DNA of 64,000 nt from contig CM102283.1 of NCBI GenBank assembly GCA_046563655.1, positions 9,362,001-9,426,000 of the forward strand. Direction: 5' to 3'. This stretch comes from Yuukianura sp. NJ FZ-2021 (taxonomy: Eukaryota). Shown piece after piece: positions 30,702-43,673 of this stretch (the first letter of the stretch is position 1; the number at the start of each line of letters is the position of its first letter). The notes under the pieces are model-generated. The model ran no database searches and was not told the DNA's origin. It was given only the letters and a program-made list of their open reading frames with translations. A program made the position numbers and the translations under genes.

Positions 30702-31860
30702 GTAGGAAAATCACTCTTTCTAAATAGCATAATTCCAAATTCCAAAAAGTTAAAAGTTTAGTAGGAAAATCACTTTCTAAATAGCATAAATTCCAAATTC
30801 CAAAAAGTTGAAAGTTTAGTAGGAAAATCACTCTTTCTAAATAGCATAATTCCAAATTCCAAAAAGTTAAAAGTTTAGTAGGAAAATCACTCTTTCTAAA
30901 TAGCATAATTCCAAATTCCAAAAAGTTAAAAGTTTAGTAGGAAAATCACTCTTTCTAAATAGCATAATTCCAAATTCCAAAAAGTTAAAAGTTTAGTAGG
31001 AAAATCACTCTTTCTAAATAGCATAAATTCCAAATTCCAAAAAGTTGAAAGTTTAGTAGGAAAATCACTCTTTCTAAATAGCATAATTCCAAATTTCAAA
31101 AAGTTAAAAGTTTAGTAGGAAAATCACTCTTTTCAAATAGCATAATTCCAAATTCCAAAAAGTTAAAAGTTTAGTAGGAAAATCACTCTTTCTAAATAGC
31201 ATAATTCCAAATTCCAAAAAGTTAAAAGTTTAGTAGGAAAATCACTCTTTCTAAATAGCATAATTCCAAATTTCAAAAAGTTAAAAGTTTAGTAGGAAAA
31301 TCACTCTTTCTAAATAGCATAATTCCAAATTCCAAAAAGTTAAAAGTTTAGTAGGAAAATCCCTCTTTTCAAATAGCATAATTCCAAATTCCAAAAAGTT
31401 AAAAGTTTAGTAGGAAAATCACTCTTTCTAAATAGCATAATTCCAAATTTCAAAAAGTTAAAAGTTTAGTAGGAAAATCACTCTTTCTAAATAGCATAAT
31501 TCCAAATTCCAAAAAGTTAAAAGTTTAGTAGGAAAATCCCTCTTTTCAAATAATATAATTCCAAATTCCAAAAAGTTAAAAGTTTAGTAGGAAAATCACT
31601 CTTTCTAAATAGCATAATTCCAAATTCCAAAAAGTTAAAAGTTTAGTAGGAAAATCCCTCTTTTCAAATAATATAATTCCAAATTTCAAAACGTTAAACA
31701 TTTAGTAGGAAAATCACTCTTTTTAAATCACATAATTTCAAATTTCAAAACGTTAAAAATTTAGTAGGAAAATCACTCTTTTTAAATAATATAATTCCAA
31801 ATTTCAAAACGTTAAACATTTAGTAGGAAAATCACTCTCTCTAAATAACATGATTCCAAA
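30702..31860. repeat. 59-bp tandem satellite array, ~19-20 copies
   Basis: Unit GTAGGAAAATCACTCTTTCTAAATAGCATAATTCCAAATTCCAAAAAGTTAAAAGTTTA is repeated head-to-tail with no spacers; the right-hand copies are more diverged. Confidence 0.97.
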
Positions 31861-33030
31861 TTTTTGTTTTGTTTTTTTCCTTTTAACGCTAAAAGGAAAA
31901 AACGCAATTGCACGGACCTGGGGTAAGCCCCAGCAAGCATGTGTAGCAGACTAACTTTTCCACATCATATTAAAGTAAGCCATTTTTTTCAAATTCTAGT
32001 TGTTCATCACTCATTTTTTAAATTTGGAAGCATCAATCGACAGATCGTTGTCGGATCTGTGAAACCCCTAGGGGCTTTTGCCTTTTGAGATCAATTTACC
32101 AAACCGACACTTTTTTTTGTCTAAAAGCTCTGCTTTTAGTCGGTTAGTTTTTTGTTCCAGAAGGGCCCTTCATTTCAAGTGTCGTCCAAAGGGCATTTTC
32201 CCTAGGGAAAATTTCAAATTTTGTTAAGCTATGGACTTCCCTTATACTTTTGTTGTACTTTAAGGTTGTAGGGATCACCACTTCCACTTTATAAAGCAAA
32301 GTGGATTCACCTGGATTCGGACAATTGTAGTGGGGGTGAAAAGTGGCAGTGGCACCTCATACTAGAAAAAAAAAGTAACTTCCCTATGTGTAGTGAACAA
32401 TCACACGCACACAGGTTCTACTCCTATGAATTTACACCAGAACTTAAAAAGTGTAAAATTCAAAAGCCTTTTCCTGGCAGTGTTTGGCAAAAAAAGCATT
32501 TCCTGTCACCGTATTGCGTTAAAAAGAATTTATACTGTGCGTTTTCATTAAAAGTGTTAGTATATCGTTTGTATCATTGTGCGTCCTCATGTTGTGTCAT
32601 CCATAAATTTCTGATTCTGGTTTGGTATTGCTCAATTTAAAAAGTTGAACAAAGACGATGACTCAAGAGGTGGATTTCGATAGTCACAAAAGTGTTTTGT
32701 TTTGAAAGGTTATCAAATTGTGTAACTTGAAACTCCAACTTTCGAATTGATATTTTAATTGTCTTTGTATTTCTGTTTGTAGGACGCTAGATTGCATTTA
32801 GTAAACTTTCATAGAAGGGGGTGGATATTTCCGTGTTGAATTCTGGAAATTTGTGCCACTAAACTTTTGAATCTCTGCGCTTCCGATTGATAACACAAAA
32901 GTTATTTAGACAACGGTGAATGTGGATTCGTGATAGTGAGGAAGCAGAATGTGCGAAATTTTTCATAACGGGATGAGAACATGAAATTTTGGACTAAAAT
33001 TTGGTGAAGTGGAGCTGAAAAAGTAGTCAG

Positions 33031-33087
33031 AGGTCATTGACCTGAAGTGCAAAGGTCATTGACCTGAAGTGCAAAGGTCATTGACCT
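33031..33087. promoter_or_regulatory. Three tandem perfect IR1 palindromes (AGGTCA-T-TGACCT) at 22-bp period, ending 43 nt upstream of the NKAIN ATG
   Basis: Copies at 33031-33043, 33053-33065 and 33075-33087; IR1 is the consensus EcR/USP (FXR/RXR) element. Confidence 0.55.
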
Positions 33088-33130
33088 TAAGCTGATCTAA
33101 CAGGGTCATAGGTTAACTTAATTATGGGCA

Positions 33131-35597
33131 ATGGGTCTCTGTACCAAGCGGAGAATTCATGTTATGTTTCTGCTGGTCACCGTACTACAAATTGTAAGCT
33201 AAAGTTCAAAAATATTTTCAGTTTTTTTATATTTTGAATTTTGGATTTATGAAATTTTGACCTTTGTTTTTTTTTAATTTGACCTCAGGTCACGACCTGC
33301 CTTCGTCAAGTGTCAGACTTCCTAGGTCCCTTATGGGCTCTCATTCTTACGAATTTCTTCAACATTGTGTTCTGTATTTTCGGATTCTTTGGAGGATATA
33401 CACGGCGGAAATATTTTGTGATACCGGTAAATTTTCGAAAAATTTTTTCATAAAAAGTTGAAATTTTGAACTTTTTGAACTATTTTTACTCTTGTTCTTT
33501 TTCAGTACATCGTGTGGTCAATTTTATGGACAGGTTGGAACATCCTCATTTTCAGTCTTTATGTTCCAAGCCTTGGACTGGGCAAGTACAAAACGTCAAT
33601 TTTGAGCGTCGGAACTGGCGGATTCTCGTGGTGGGAAACACGGTACTGCCAGCACATTTCGCCAGTACATTTGCCAGTATTTTCAAACTACTTGTGATTG
33701 TAATGTCACAAACTTTATGATTTTAGTGCTCCTGGATGTCGGTCTGTCTGGATCAGTGGGACGCAGCTAGAAGCTACCAATTGCTACTTTGACCCCAACA
33801 TTCTGGAAGGACTGCTCGCCAGCATCCAAATATACTTGGCCATTTGGGGAATCTGCGCAGCATTCGCAATTTTGTGCTGCCCATACCACCCAGACGACGA
33901 AGAAAAAGGGGATCACCGCAGTATCAAAAGTAGCGACTACTATACTTCCAGAAGTACTGTTCCAGCATTCATGTCACTCACACGCAGTACTGGCAGTACT
34001 TCCAGAAGACATTCTAGCTTAGGACGACCCAGAAACAACACAAGTACTGGCAGAATTGCTCAGCGTGGTCCACTGGGCCTGCCAGAACAGAATCAGACTA
34101 AAGTCAACGGAGATACTTTGAATCACTCCGGAATTGATGACAAGTTGAGACCAATGACACCCAGAAAAGTAAAAAGAAGATCTGCCAGGAGTATCCAGTC
34201 ATCCAAGTTTGGTCCTGGAAATGCTGGAAGTACTGGCAACAGTCCTGCAAAAGCAGAAAGTACTGCCAGTACTTCCCGAGGGGCACACTTTTCTGGAAGT
34301 TCTGGAGGGTCTGGAAGGAATTCGTTGAGAAGCAATCACAGTTCGGGCAGAAAAAGTACAAATCGAAATTCTAAACGAAAGCAAATCAACAGTCATCCAC
34401 AATTTGTGTCACCAATTAATCGATTAATGCAGCAACAACTGGATTCTGAAACGTCTCATGACGAACCACGCTATCATCCACATTTGAGAGACATGGTAAA
34501 TCAAAATTTTCAAAATCTTGAAAATTTCAAAAATTTAACGTTTTTCAAATTTTGAATGTTTTTCAGGGTCATGTCAACCCTGTGGCACCGCAAAGTGCTT
34601 CAGGAAATGCTTCTGGTACTGCTCATGCGCCGCCGCGACCACCGTCAGCTCGCTCGTCATATTCAAACTATCATCCAGCACGACTGCCGCCAATGAGTAC
34701 TGCCAATACTGCCAGTATTCAACCAAATGCTTACAATTTGGACCAAACGTTGTTTACCAATCCAGCATACGACTCGTCAGTGGACTACAATGACTCTATG
34801 TTGTCTCATCACACTAACTTTGGTTACTATGACGACGAGGTTCAACTTAGGCCGTCCATGGGTGTAGCTCAGTTTCACAATTCAACCAATCATATCCCTC
34901 CAGTACCAATTCCACGACCATTCAACATCGTCACGCCAAACAATCTCATGGCTCATACTTCTCATTCAGCTCATGCGGCTCATACTGCTCATTCGGCTCA
35001 TAACGCTGCTCCCTCTCCACCAATCAAAAACTTTGCTGATTTGATGTTCCACCAACAGCAAAATTCAAAAAATACGCTGCAATCGCTTCATCCCTCAAAT
35101 CACCCCACTCTCACCTACCCCCTCGCTCATTCTCCAGTATCACAGGTAACCAAAATTTTGCAAAATTTCAACAAAACAATTTTTTTTTTCGAAAATCTGT
35201 TTTTCAAAATTTCTAAAGATTTTGTAACTGTTGTTCTTTACTTTTCTGAACTTTACCTTCCGTTTTTCTGCGTTTCAAATTAAGTTGAAAGGATTGTATG
35301 TCTAAAAGGTACTTTCTAATCTTTTCTGTCAAATTTTCAAAATATGGTTTTGTATTAATTCAGTTTGTGTTTTGGAAATTTTTTTTTTTCAAAATTTTGA
35401 TATTTTTGCAGGAATCTTTTCCGATGTGGGGAGTTGCTCAAGCACAAGTGCCTACTCAGAGTCCGGGAGTTCAATCGTCTTCATCCGGCTATCCCCCACT
35501 TACGCCAATTACTAATCGTTATGCTAACCCACCTACGCCACTTAGACTACAAAAACTTCACCATTCTGCAGAAACTAACTCAGAAACAGTGATTTAA
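33131..35597 (+). CDS. NKAIN: Na+/K+-ATPase-interacting protein NKAIN with a long disordered C-terminal tail, multi-exon
   Basis: MGLCTKRR...LQI|VTTCLRQVSDFLGPLWALILTNFFNIVFCIFGFFG...WSILWTGWNILIFSLY...LSVGTGGFSWWE matches the NKAIN pattern. Confidence 0.88.
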
Positions 35598-36538
35598 CAT
35601 TACGTTTATAACTAAATACTGTCAAGCACAACTTCGAAAACTTTCCAAAAAGCTCAATTTATGACAAAGTTTCCTTGAAATGACTTTCTGGAAGTAGAAA
35701 AATGCATAGTTATTCGTAAAAAAACTGAAAAGGCATGATCTCAGTTATCAAAAAGTTTATAACTTTAACAAATTACAAAGACAGTTATGTAGTTACGTTA
35801 TTTACAATAAGTAACATCTAAAGGATAGAAAAAGTTGAAAAACATGCTTGAATTAACTAATTCCAGAATTATGTTTAACTAATTCTTGTTTTGACACTTT
35901 CATGAGGCTAAATCCATATTTATGACTTTCATAAATTTGAATTTGTTAATAAATTATTTATTACATCAATATTCCACCTTTATTTCCAAACATGAAATCA
36001 ATTTTTTTTAAGGCGATGACTTTATTTTGAAAACTTTCAAAATTTTGATAACATTGGCCATTCTGGAGGCGTTATAGCCCGTGGCATTTTTCTTAACAGG
36101 ACAAGTGTTATATGGCCATTAGCCTTGGAGTTTCCATAGAAGTGTAGACAAGGGAATAAGTAATAGTACTTTAGCACTTAATCTCTAAAAGCCTATAACG
36201 ACTATAAAAACTTGATTATTTTAATTGCTTCACTTCACACCTCCTACAATAAGCAGCATGTGAGTAGTCCATTTCCAGAAGTCCTGAAGTTAGTTCCAGT
36301 TGCTCATTCTCCAGGCGCAATTTAGCACAAAGCACAAGTGTGAATGCGCCAACTGCTAAAACAGTTTCTAATTAGAAATTATTAATTAACGCTAAAAGAT
36401 TATAATTAGCAAGAACTTGGATTTTTAGACCTCCAGAACTACAGCGTGACACCGACTATAAGTTTTCGTTAGTCTTTTGGTACAGCAGAGGTGACACAAA
36501 GTTGAAGTTGACCTCGTGACCTTTTGACCTCTTTAAAA

Positions 36539-37619
36539 ATGACCTTGTTGGTGGACTTGATCGTGTCAGTGGGCTGCATCGTTGTAACTCTCAGCCTTTC
36601 TCAGTTTTTGCGGGAGTTTGCTAGGAACCAATGGCACAAAGGAGGGCTAGGACGCTTAGTTTTTCTAGAATTTGTAGCAACTTTTGAAATGGTCGCCATA
36701 GCCTGGGAAACTGCAATCAGTAAGAAGCAAACTAAAAACTTTTTCAACATTTTTAAGTTTTTCAAAAATTGTCAAAATTTTGAATTGTGTACTTGCAGTA
36801 TTTGGATTTGGTGGTATTCGGCTGTACTCCGTGTTTCTCTTCAGCATTTGGTTCTGGAGAACTCAGAATTGGCGGGAAGTGGCAGCATCTCCTGTTGTGG
36901 CCTTGGAAGACTGGGCTCTGCGCAGACTCTCTTTGATGGAATTCGTTTTGGCCGTTTCTGCGCAGGTCGCTGGAGGATTCATGGCTTACAAGTACTTCAA
37001 TGCACTCTACTGGAGTTTAGGATTGTCTGACGCCCACAATTCCCAAGTCCACGAAGGATTCTCCGAGTGCAAATCAGCCATTAACGTAAGTCTCCCTAAA
37101 ATTCCCAACAAAATTTCAACATTTCAAACTTTTTTCAAAAATTCATTTTTTTGAAAACTATTTTTTCAAAAATTTACTTCTCCAGGCCGTTCCGACTATT
37201 GCCATGCTGTGCGAGGCAGCTGGAATCTTCGTCTACATCGTCGCAATCAACTTGATTTCAAAAGTAAAAAGCTTGACTCCAGTAGCCGGACTTCTAAAAG
37301 CTTTGATAGGAACGTCCATAGTGCTCCTCGGTCAGTCCAGCATCCATACTCTAAAACATTAATTAATTGATTAATCAATTGATTAATTACTAATTACTCA
37401 ATGATTAATTGGCTTACCTTAGCATTTGACATCTCGGGAGGTTTCTACAGTCCAGTGTTGGCTTCTGCCATGCAGTATGGCTGTTCCGGCTCAACAGTTT
37501 TAGAGCACCTTCAAGTATACTGGCTCGGTAACGCCTTGGGCACATTTGCTGCCTACCACTTTGACCAATTTCTGAGCAGCACATTTTCCAAGGCCAAACA
37601 ACCTCAAAAACTAGACTAA
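36539..37619 (+). CDS. Unorthodox aquaporin (AQP11/12-like superaquaporin), 4 coding exons
   Basis: LEFVATFEM, A-SPV-VALE, AQVAGG, YWSLGLSDAH, CKSAI, AFDISGGFY-SPV-LASAMQYGCSG...EHLQVYWLG are AQP12-like signatures. Confidence 0.88.
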
Positions 37620-37874
37620 TCAATCAATTAATCGATTAATTTAAAAGTGGTGATAAAATAAATGTTATTCACAAAAAGTTGAGTTTAAAGAATAATACTA
37701 AAAAGTTCAAAACAATTAGAATTGACAATTCTAAGTTGAGGAGACAGAATTAATTGACAGTAACAAATGAGAGCCTGTGGAGGTTAAGTTAATTAGTTGA
37801 TGACACTAAAATGTCTAAGATGCTAAGCCACTTAAACATAATGTAAAGTAAGTAATTAGTTAACTGTTGGATAA

Positions 37875-40643
37875 TTATAAGGATGCAGATTCAAACTTGT
37901 TCCCCCGCGTGACGACGATGTCTTCATAAGAAGTGTTTTGAACCAACTCCACTGCTTGTGCTTTCTTGAGGACGAGCAGAGTGTAGAACTTCTGAGCCAC
38001 TTGTTTCCTGGAGTTCCTCGTATTGCACATGCTGGAGAATGGAATGGAGGGTTCAGCGTCCAGCTTTGACTTGATGATGTGGTACATCTGAGCTGCTCGC
38101 TTGTTCAGCACACGCTCTTCAAACTGCTCGTAAGTTTCGTCAGTTGCTTGCTCCTCGGGCTAAAACAAAAATTTTCCAAAGTTCAGCCAAATCAAATCAA
38201 CTCAAAAAGTTAAAGTCAAAATATCAAAGTCAAGACACGTCAAAAGTTTTCAAAATTTGAAGCTTACCGGGCCGACGGATGCTGGGAAATCATAATCTTC
38301 ATTTGCGCCTGCCCATGGCGTATTTGGTAAGACAGATCCAATAGCTGCAGCGATTTGGTCTGAAATTGTAATCAAGTCGTTAATATCACAAATTCATAAA
38401 TCATAAGTAATTGAACCAATTAGTTTTCAGTTTTACCAGGATTGACCGGAGTAGCATTGAGGTCAACTGCGCCAGCATCGTATCCAATATTCTCCATGAG
38501 TGACATGTTGATCGTACTTTGGTTAGCCGAAGCAGGGACGATTGAAGTACTTCGTTCAGCCTGAATCTGAGGAGTTCCAAGCACATTTTGTTCCAGTTGT
38601 GCTGGAAGTTGTGCCAACAGATTTTCATTTGGTGTGGCATCCAAAGCAGCAGTGAAGGAAGGAGTCTCTTCCAGTGCAATGTTGTTTGCCAGCATTCCAG
38701 CATCGCTTCTCAGCATTCCAGCATCATTGGCCAGCATTTCCGGAAGTTGTGGCTCAACCGATAGATTGGGTAACTCTCCCTCCAGAGTGAGGACCGGTGG
38801 AATGTCACTTCGGTTGTAGCTGTCATCGTTTTCACGGTACTCTTCCAGTGGTTCAAGTGCTTTCCTCTTGGATCCGCGAGGAGCCCTTTTGCCCTTGGCA
38901 GAAGACACTCTTGGAGATGCTGCTGGTGGGGGAGCCATGGGGGTCTGAGGGGGGCCAAGGGGCGGGGGCCCTTCGCCACCGGGCTCCACATTTTCATTGT
39001 TGGTTGCAAATTCTTCGTTTTCGGCTGGACGAGAAGTGAGATGTGCTTGGTAGTTGCGGGCAATCATGCGAGATGGAATGTGTCTCCCAGGAAGAGCAAA
39101 CAGTTTCTCCACTCCTCCAGTTTCCTTCCAGTGCATGAGCCGTTTAGTGGGAGGAGCCAAGTCCAAAGTTGTGACGATATCAGAAGTATCTGACAGTTGA
39201 GACTTCATTTCTTCTCCCGAAATGTTCTTCACTTCGTCCACGATAAGCTTTCGCTTTCGACGTGCTGCACGAATACCGCCTACGGACAGAAAATTTCAGT
39301 TTTTAGACCTGATTTCAAGTTTTTTCTTTAGAAATTGATAGAATCTTTACCTTTCGCAGCAACTGGAGCTTCAATTGGCGCCAAAGCGAAAGATTCTTCC
39401 TCATTTTGAATCAAAGTTGTTTGATCAGCGGGATTAATTCCGTCCAAGTTCTCTGCTCGGTTGAAAATGTCCAGTTCAGGCTCAATCACTGGCGGTGGAG
39501 GTTCGAATGGACTTGGTGGTCCAGAACTGTTGCCAACCGACGGTGGCCCAGCGAAGTCGTCATCAGAATCCATATGCATCGGTTCATCAGTAGTAGCTAC
39601 TCCTGCTGCTGCTGCTGGAACTGGCAACGTAGTTATGTTTGAGGTGCCAGAAGTTCCAGGAGTTGGTTCCGGATTGGCTGCTTCTGCAACTTCCATTGGT
39701 GTATCGTCAAACAGTCCGCCATCAAATAGACCATCAGCTAATAAAATCAGAATGAACTTCAATAATTATAAAATTATATTGTGTAAAATTATATTATTCT
39801 TCTAAAAAAAGTAAAATTTTGTCCGTACCCATCATGTCTTGTCCTAACTGAGCTCCGAAACCATCGTCCACTGCCATTATCCCGGCGCCTTCTTTACTAA
39901 CACGCTGAAACGTTTCAGCAAATGATGAGCCAGATTCTCCAAAAAGATTTCCAGAGTGTCCAGCAACCGGGTCACGCAATAACTCTGGCCCGTCATCGTT
40001 GAATTCCAAGTCTCCAAAACCTTCATCATGATGAGCAAGGCTCAACGATCCATAATCCTCTCGCATCGTAATTTCTTCAGCTCTTGATTGGTTCATAGTC
40101 AACTGTGCTTGAATGTCCACATCACTAAAAACGAAAAGGTAGGCAACGATTAGCTATTAATTGAATAACAAAGTTAAAGTTACGATTAGTCTTACTTAAT
40201 TTCTGGTATAACAGCATCAAAATCATGAAACACTTCCGGAAGTGTAATGGCATTCACAGCAGCCTCCCTGTTTTCCTCCGGAAGATCAACCATCCCAGGC
40301 CGAAACGCCATTTTGATCTTCACGAACGCCTCGTTACAATCCGCCAGCAGATATTTTGCTTTCCGGGAGTAAATCCTCACGACTCCAAGCAGAAGGTGAC
40401 CGCTCGTTCTTAGCGCCATTTTGACCTATACAAGATACCATAAATTAGATATGGAATTTCATGAAAAATTTACGAATCGTTCATAATCGTTCATCTTACC
40501 TTCGGATGAAGAATCCCTTCAACGGACTTTTCAATTGACGTTTCAAAGACATGGGCCTTCGTTAGCTTCTTGTCCCAGTGGGCAGCTAGCCAGATTCTGG
40601 CCAAGGGGCCCTTCTTGGCCAACACAAAGTGAGCGTAAAACAT
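37875..40643 (-). CDS. Rad21: Cohesin kleisin subunit Rad21, multi-exon
   Basis: [76 protein letters not shown]...[28 protein letters not shown]. Confidence 0.98.
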
Positions 40644-41353
40644 GTCAGTGTTCCAGGATCAAATTGGATAAACTAATTGAACAATTGATCAGATGATGTT
40701 GTTAAATTTAGGATTAACAACATCAGGAGACAAATTGGAACAGACAGTACGCCACCACAGATCGATGAGTAAATAGCCTATCCCCATAGCCTCTTTCTGT
40801 CCTAAAAGTTACGGTTTTTTCCCTCTCTCTTGCGCCCAGCCATTCAACACAAAAGACTATAGAGAGAGAGGGGGAAAAGACAACGCATAAAAATGGAGGG
40901 AACATTGGGTGGCGGCGATTCCCATAAATGTATACACTGATTTTTTTTTTGACGTTTTTATTGCAAAAGCTTAGTCTTTTCAAAATTTTTGTTTGATTAA
41001 TATTAATTTGAATGCTAAATTACAACTGACTTGAATTGTTAATTATTATTTTACTTACTTATTTATTACTTATGTATTTATGGAATATTTTTTCCGGTTG
41101 ACTTTACAATTGAGGCGCCAAAGTCATGTATCCACAATTTTGTAGTAAAAAGCGCGGGCCCGCGAAGTTTTTAAATTTGAATTCGATTTGACAGTTTTTT
41201 TTTTCAAAAATTAAAATTGAGATTTTTTTTTATACATGTAAGAGCACGGGAGTTTGAGTTTGACAGTTTGTAAAGAAAGAGAAAGCTCTTCGATTTCAAT
41301 TTCTGAACGTTTGACATTTCAAATTTCCTTCGCTAGTCGCTACCGTAATAAAC

Positions 41354-42237
41354 ATGGGCGATTCTTTGTTACCGGCTGGTTCAGCAGACAGTACTGCAAT
41401 TCTGGAACAATTGAAAGAAATTGTTCCAGAAGAAGTGCAAGACTTGGTCACTTTTGAAGACAGTCTCAAAGAAGATGGCCGTCATGCCGTACACGCTTTT
41501 ATATATGCGCCAAGACCATCGGACACTCTGGTTGGGCTGGACAGTGATAAATCAGCTCACCTCAAAGTACAGGCTAGTATCATGGTAAGTGATTACGTCG
41601 AAAATACGACATTGAAACGCTTTTTGGAAGGATTAACATTCCCTATTTTGTTACAGATGCATCTCCGTTTTGACGGGCAGCTCGGATTTGGCGGTGGGAT
41701 TGTAGATGAACATCTGACGGGATTATCAGTGGAAGAGGGACGACGAAAAGTCGTAGAAGCACTTGCTAGAGAATTACACGAAGAAATTAACTTCGATACA
41801 TCCAAGCATGTGATAAAGGAAGAGGATTACCTCTTCTCAACTCGGTGTCCCAATTTAGTCAAGGGCCCAAAGCCCTTCTTCCTCCATTTTTACGGCCACA
41901 AGGTAAGCCAAGTCACTAGAGAACATTGATTTGCTATTGTTGATAATTTTCTGGTCGTTTGTTTCAGATTTCCCCAGATCAGTTTGTTGAAGTTGAGAAA
42001 AGAGCTATGGCGTCCAGAGATTACGGAAGAGAAGTGCTTGGAAACATTCGCGTTCCGCTATACACAATGTCTGACAAGTACCGTGGATTTCCAGCGTTTC
42101 TTAGAAATCAATTCGTTGGAACTGCCAGGTTGGAGTTACTCTACGCACTGCTTTACTATGGGCTCAAGACGAAAGAAGAAATCCAAGCAGCCTTGGCCTC
42201 AACGACTCCGCAACGACTGTGTTTGGCCCAGCGATGA
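41354..42237 (+). CDS. NUDT16: U8 snoRNA-decapping Nudix enzyme NUDT16 homologue; introns 41585-41656 and ~41903-41967
   Basis: HAVHAFIYAP, MHLRFDGQLGFGGGIVD...RELHEE, LHFYGHK, DYGREVLGNIRVPLYTMSDKYRGFPAFLRNQFVGTARLEL. Confidence 0.9.
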
Positions 42238-42999
42238 TTCTGTCACCGCGATAAAAATATGACCTGGACATTTCAGTGTTAAGGTCAATTAAGGGGCCCA
42301 CTGGCTTCCTCATATAAAAATTTCTTCCACTTGATTAAGACAATTTAATTTTTTGTCTTTAGTTTAATATTTATTTTGGCAAGCACCTAATCGTGAAATT
42401 TTAAAATAAAACGGCAGCATTTATAAAATAAAACACCGATTTGTTTTATTTAACTCCACAAAGGATCTTAATTTTTCTTAATCGCATTTAAAATTAAGGC
42501 GGGAATTTGAAAATCCAAATTGTAATCACAGTCAGCTGTTAAATTTTGGGTAGTAAATTGTTTAATGAATTGATTGATTCACTTCTTCCAGAAACATCTT
42601 CAAAACATTGCAGAAAAGTGGAATAAAAAGGACAAGAATTTGGCACATTCGAGCAGTCGGTTTCTTCTGCACAGACGACAAAGAGGTTGTGAGAGTCTAA
42701 TCTAAATTCACAAGTTTGTTTTGTACCAACAACATTCACATTTTACACTTTTTTTTGCACCAAGCAGGAGATCTCTGACGAGGGAGAACATAAAATTCGC
42801 ACAACCAAAACCCCTTCACTTTTCACACGGTTTTCCTGATTAATAATTGGCACTACAACTACTACATCTCATCTCATCTTCTTCTGCATTAGACTGGTCC
42901 ACCTCCCCGGATAGTATCGATCCCCTGCCTTCGTGTGTTCGTCAACAACATCCTCTTCTCGTTTTTGTACCCACCGTATCACTTCACACTCTCAATCAA

Positions 43000-43673
<674 letters not shown>

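Noticed and set aside
30610-30921. 103-aa ORF with repeated FWNLELCYLE
   Set aside because: It is a translation of the non-coding satellite.
30702-31860. Regular repeat array as a possible CRISPR array
   Set aside because: The units are contiguous 59-mers with no unique spacers, there are no cas genes, and the context is eukaryotic; it is a satellite.
33890-35597. Very long NKAIN C-terminal tail as a novelty
   Set aside because: A long C-terminal extension is already known for Drosophila NKAIN, so it is not unusual for an arthropod.
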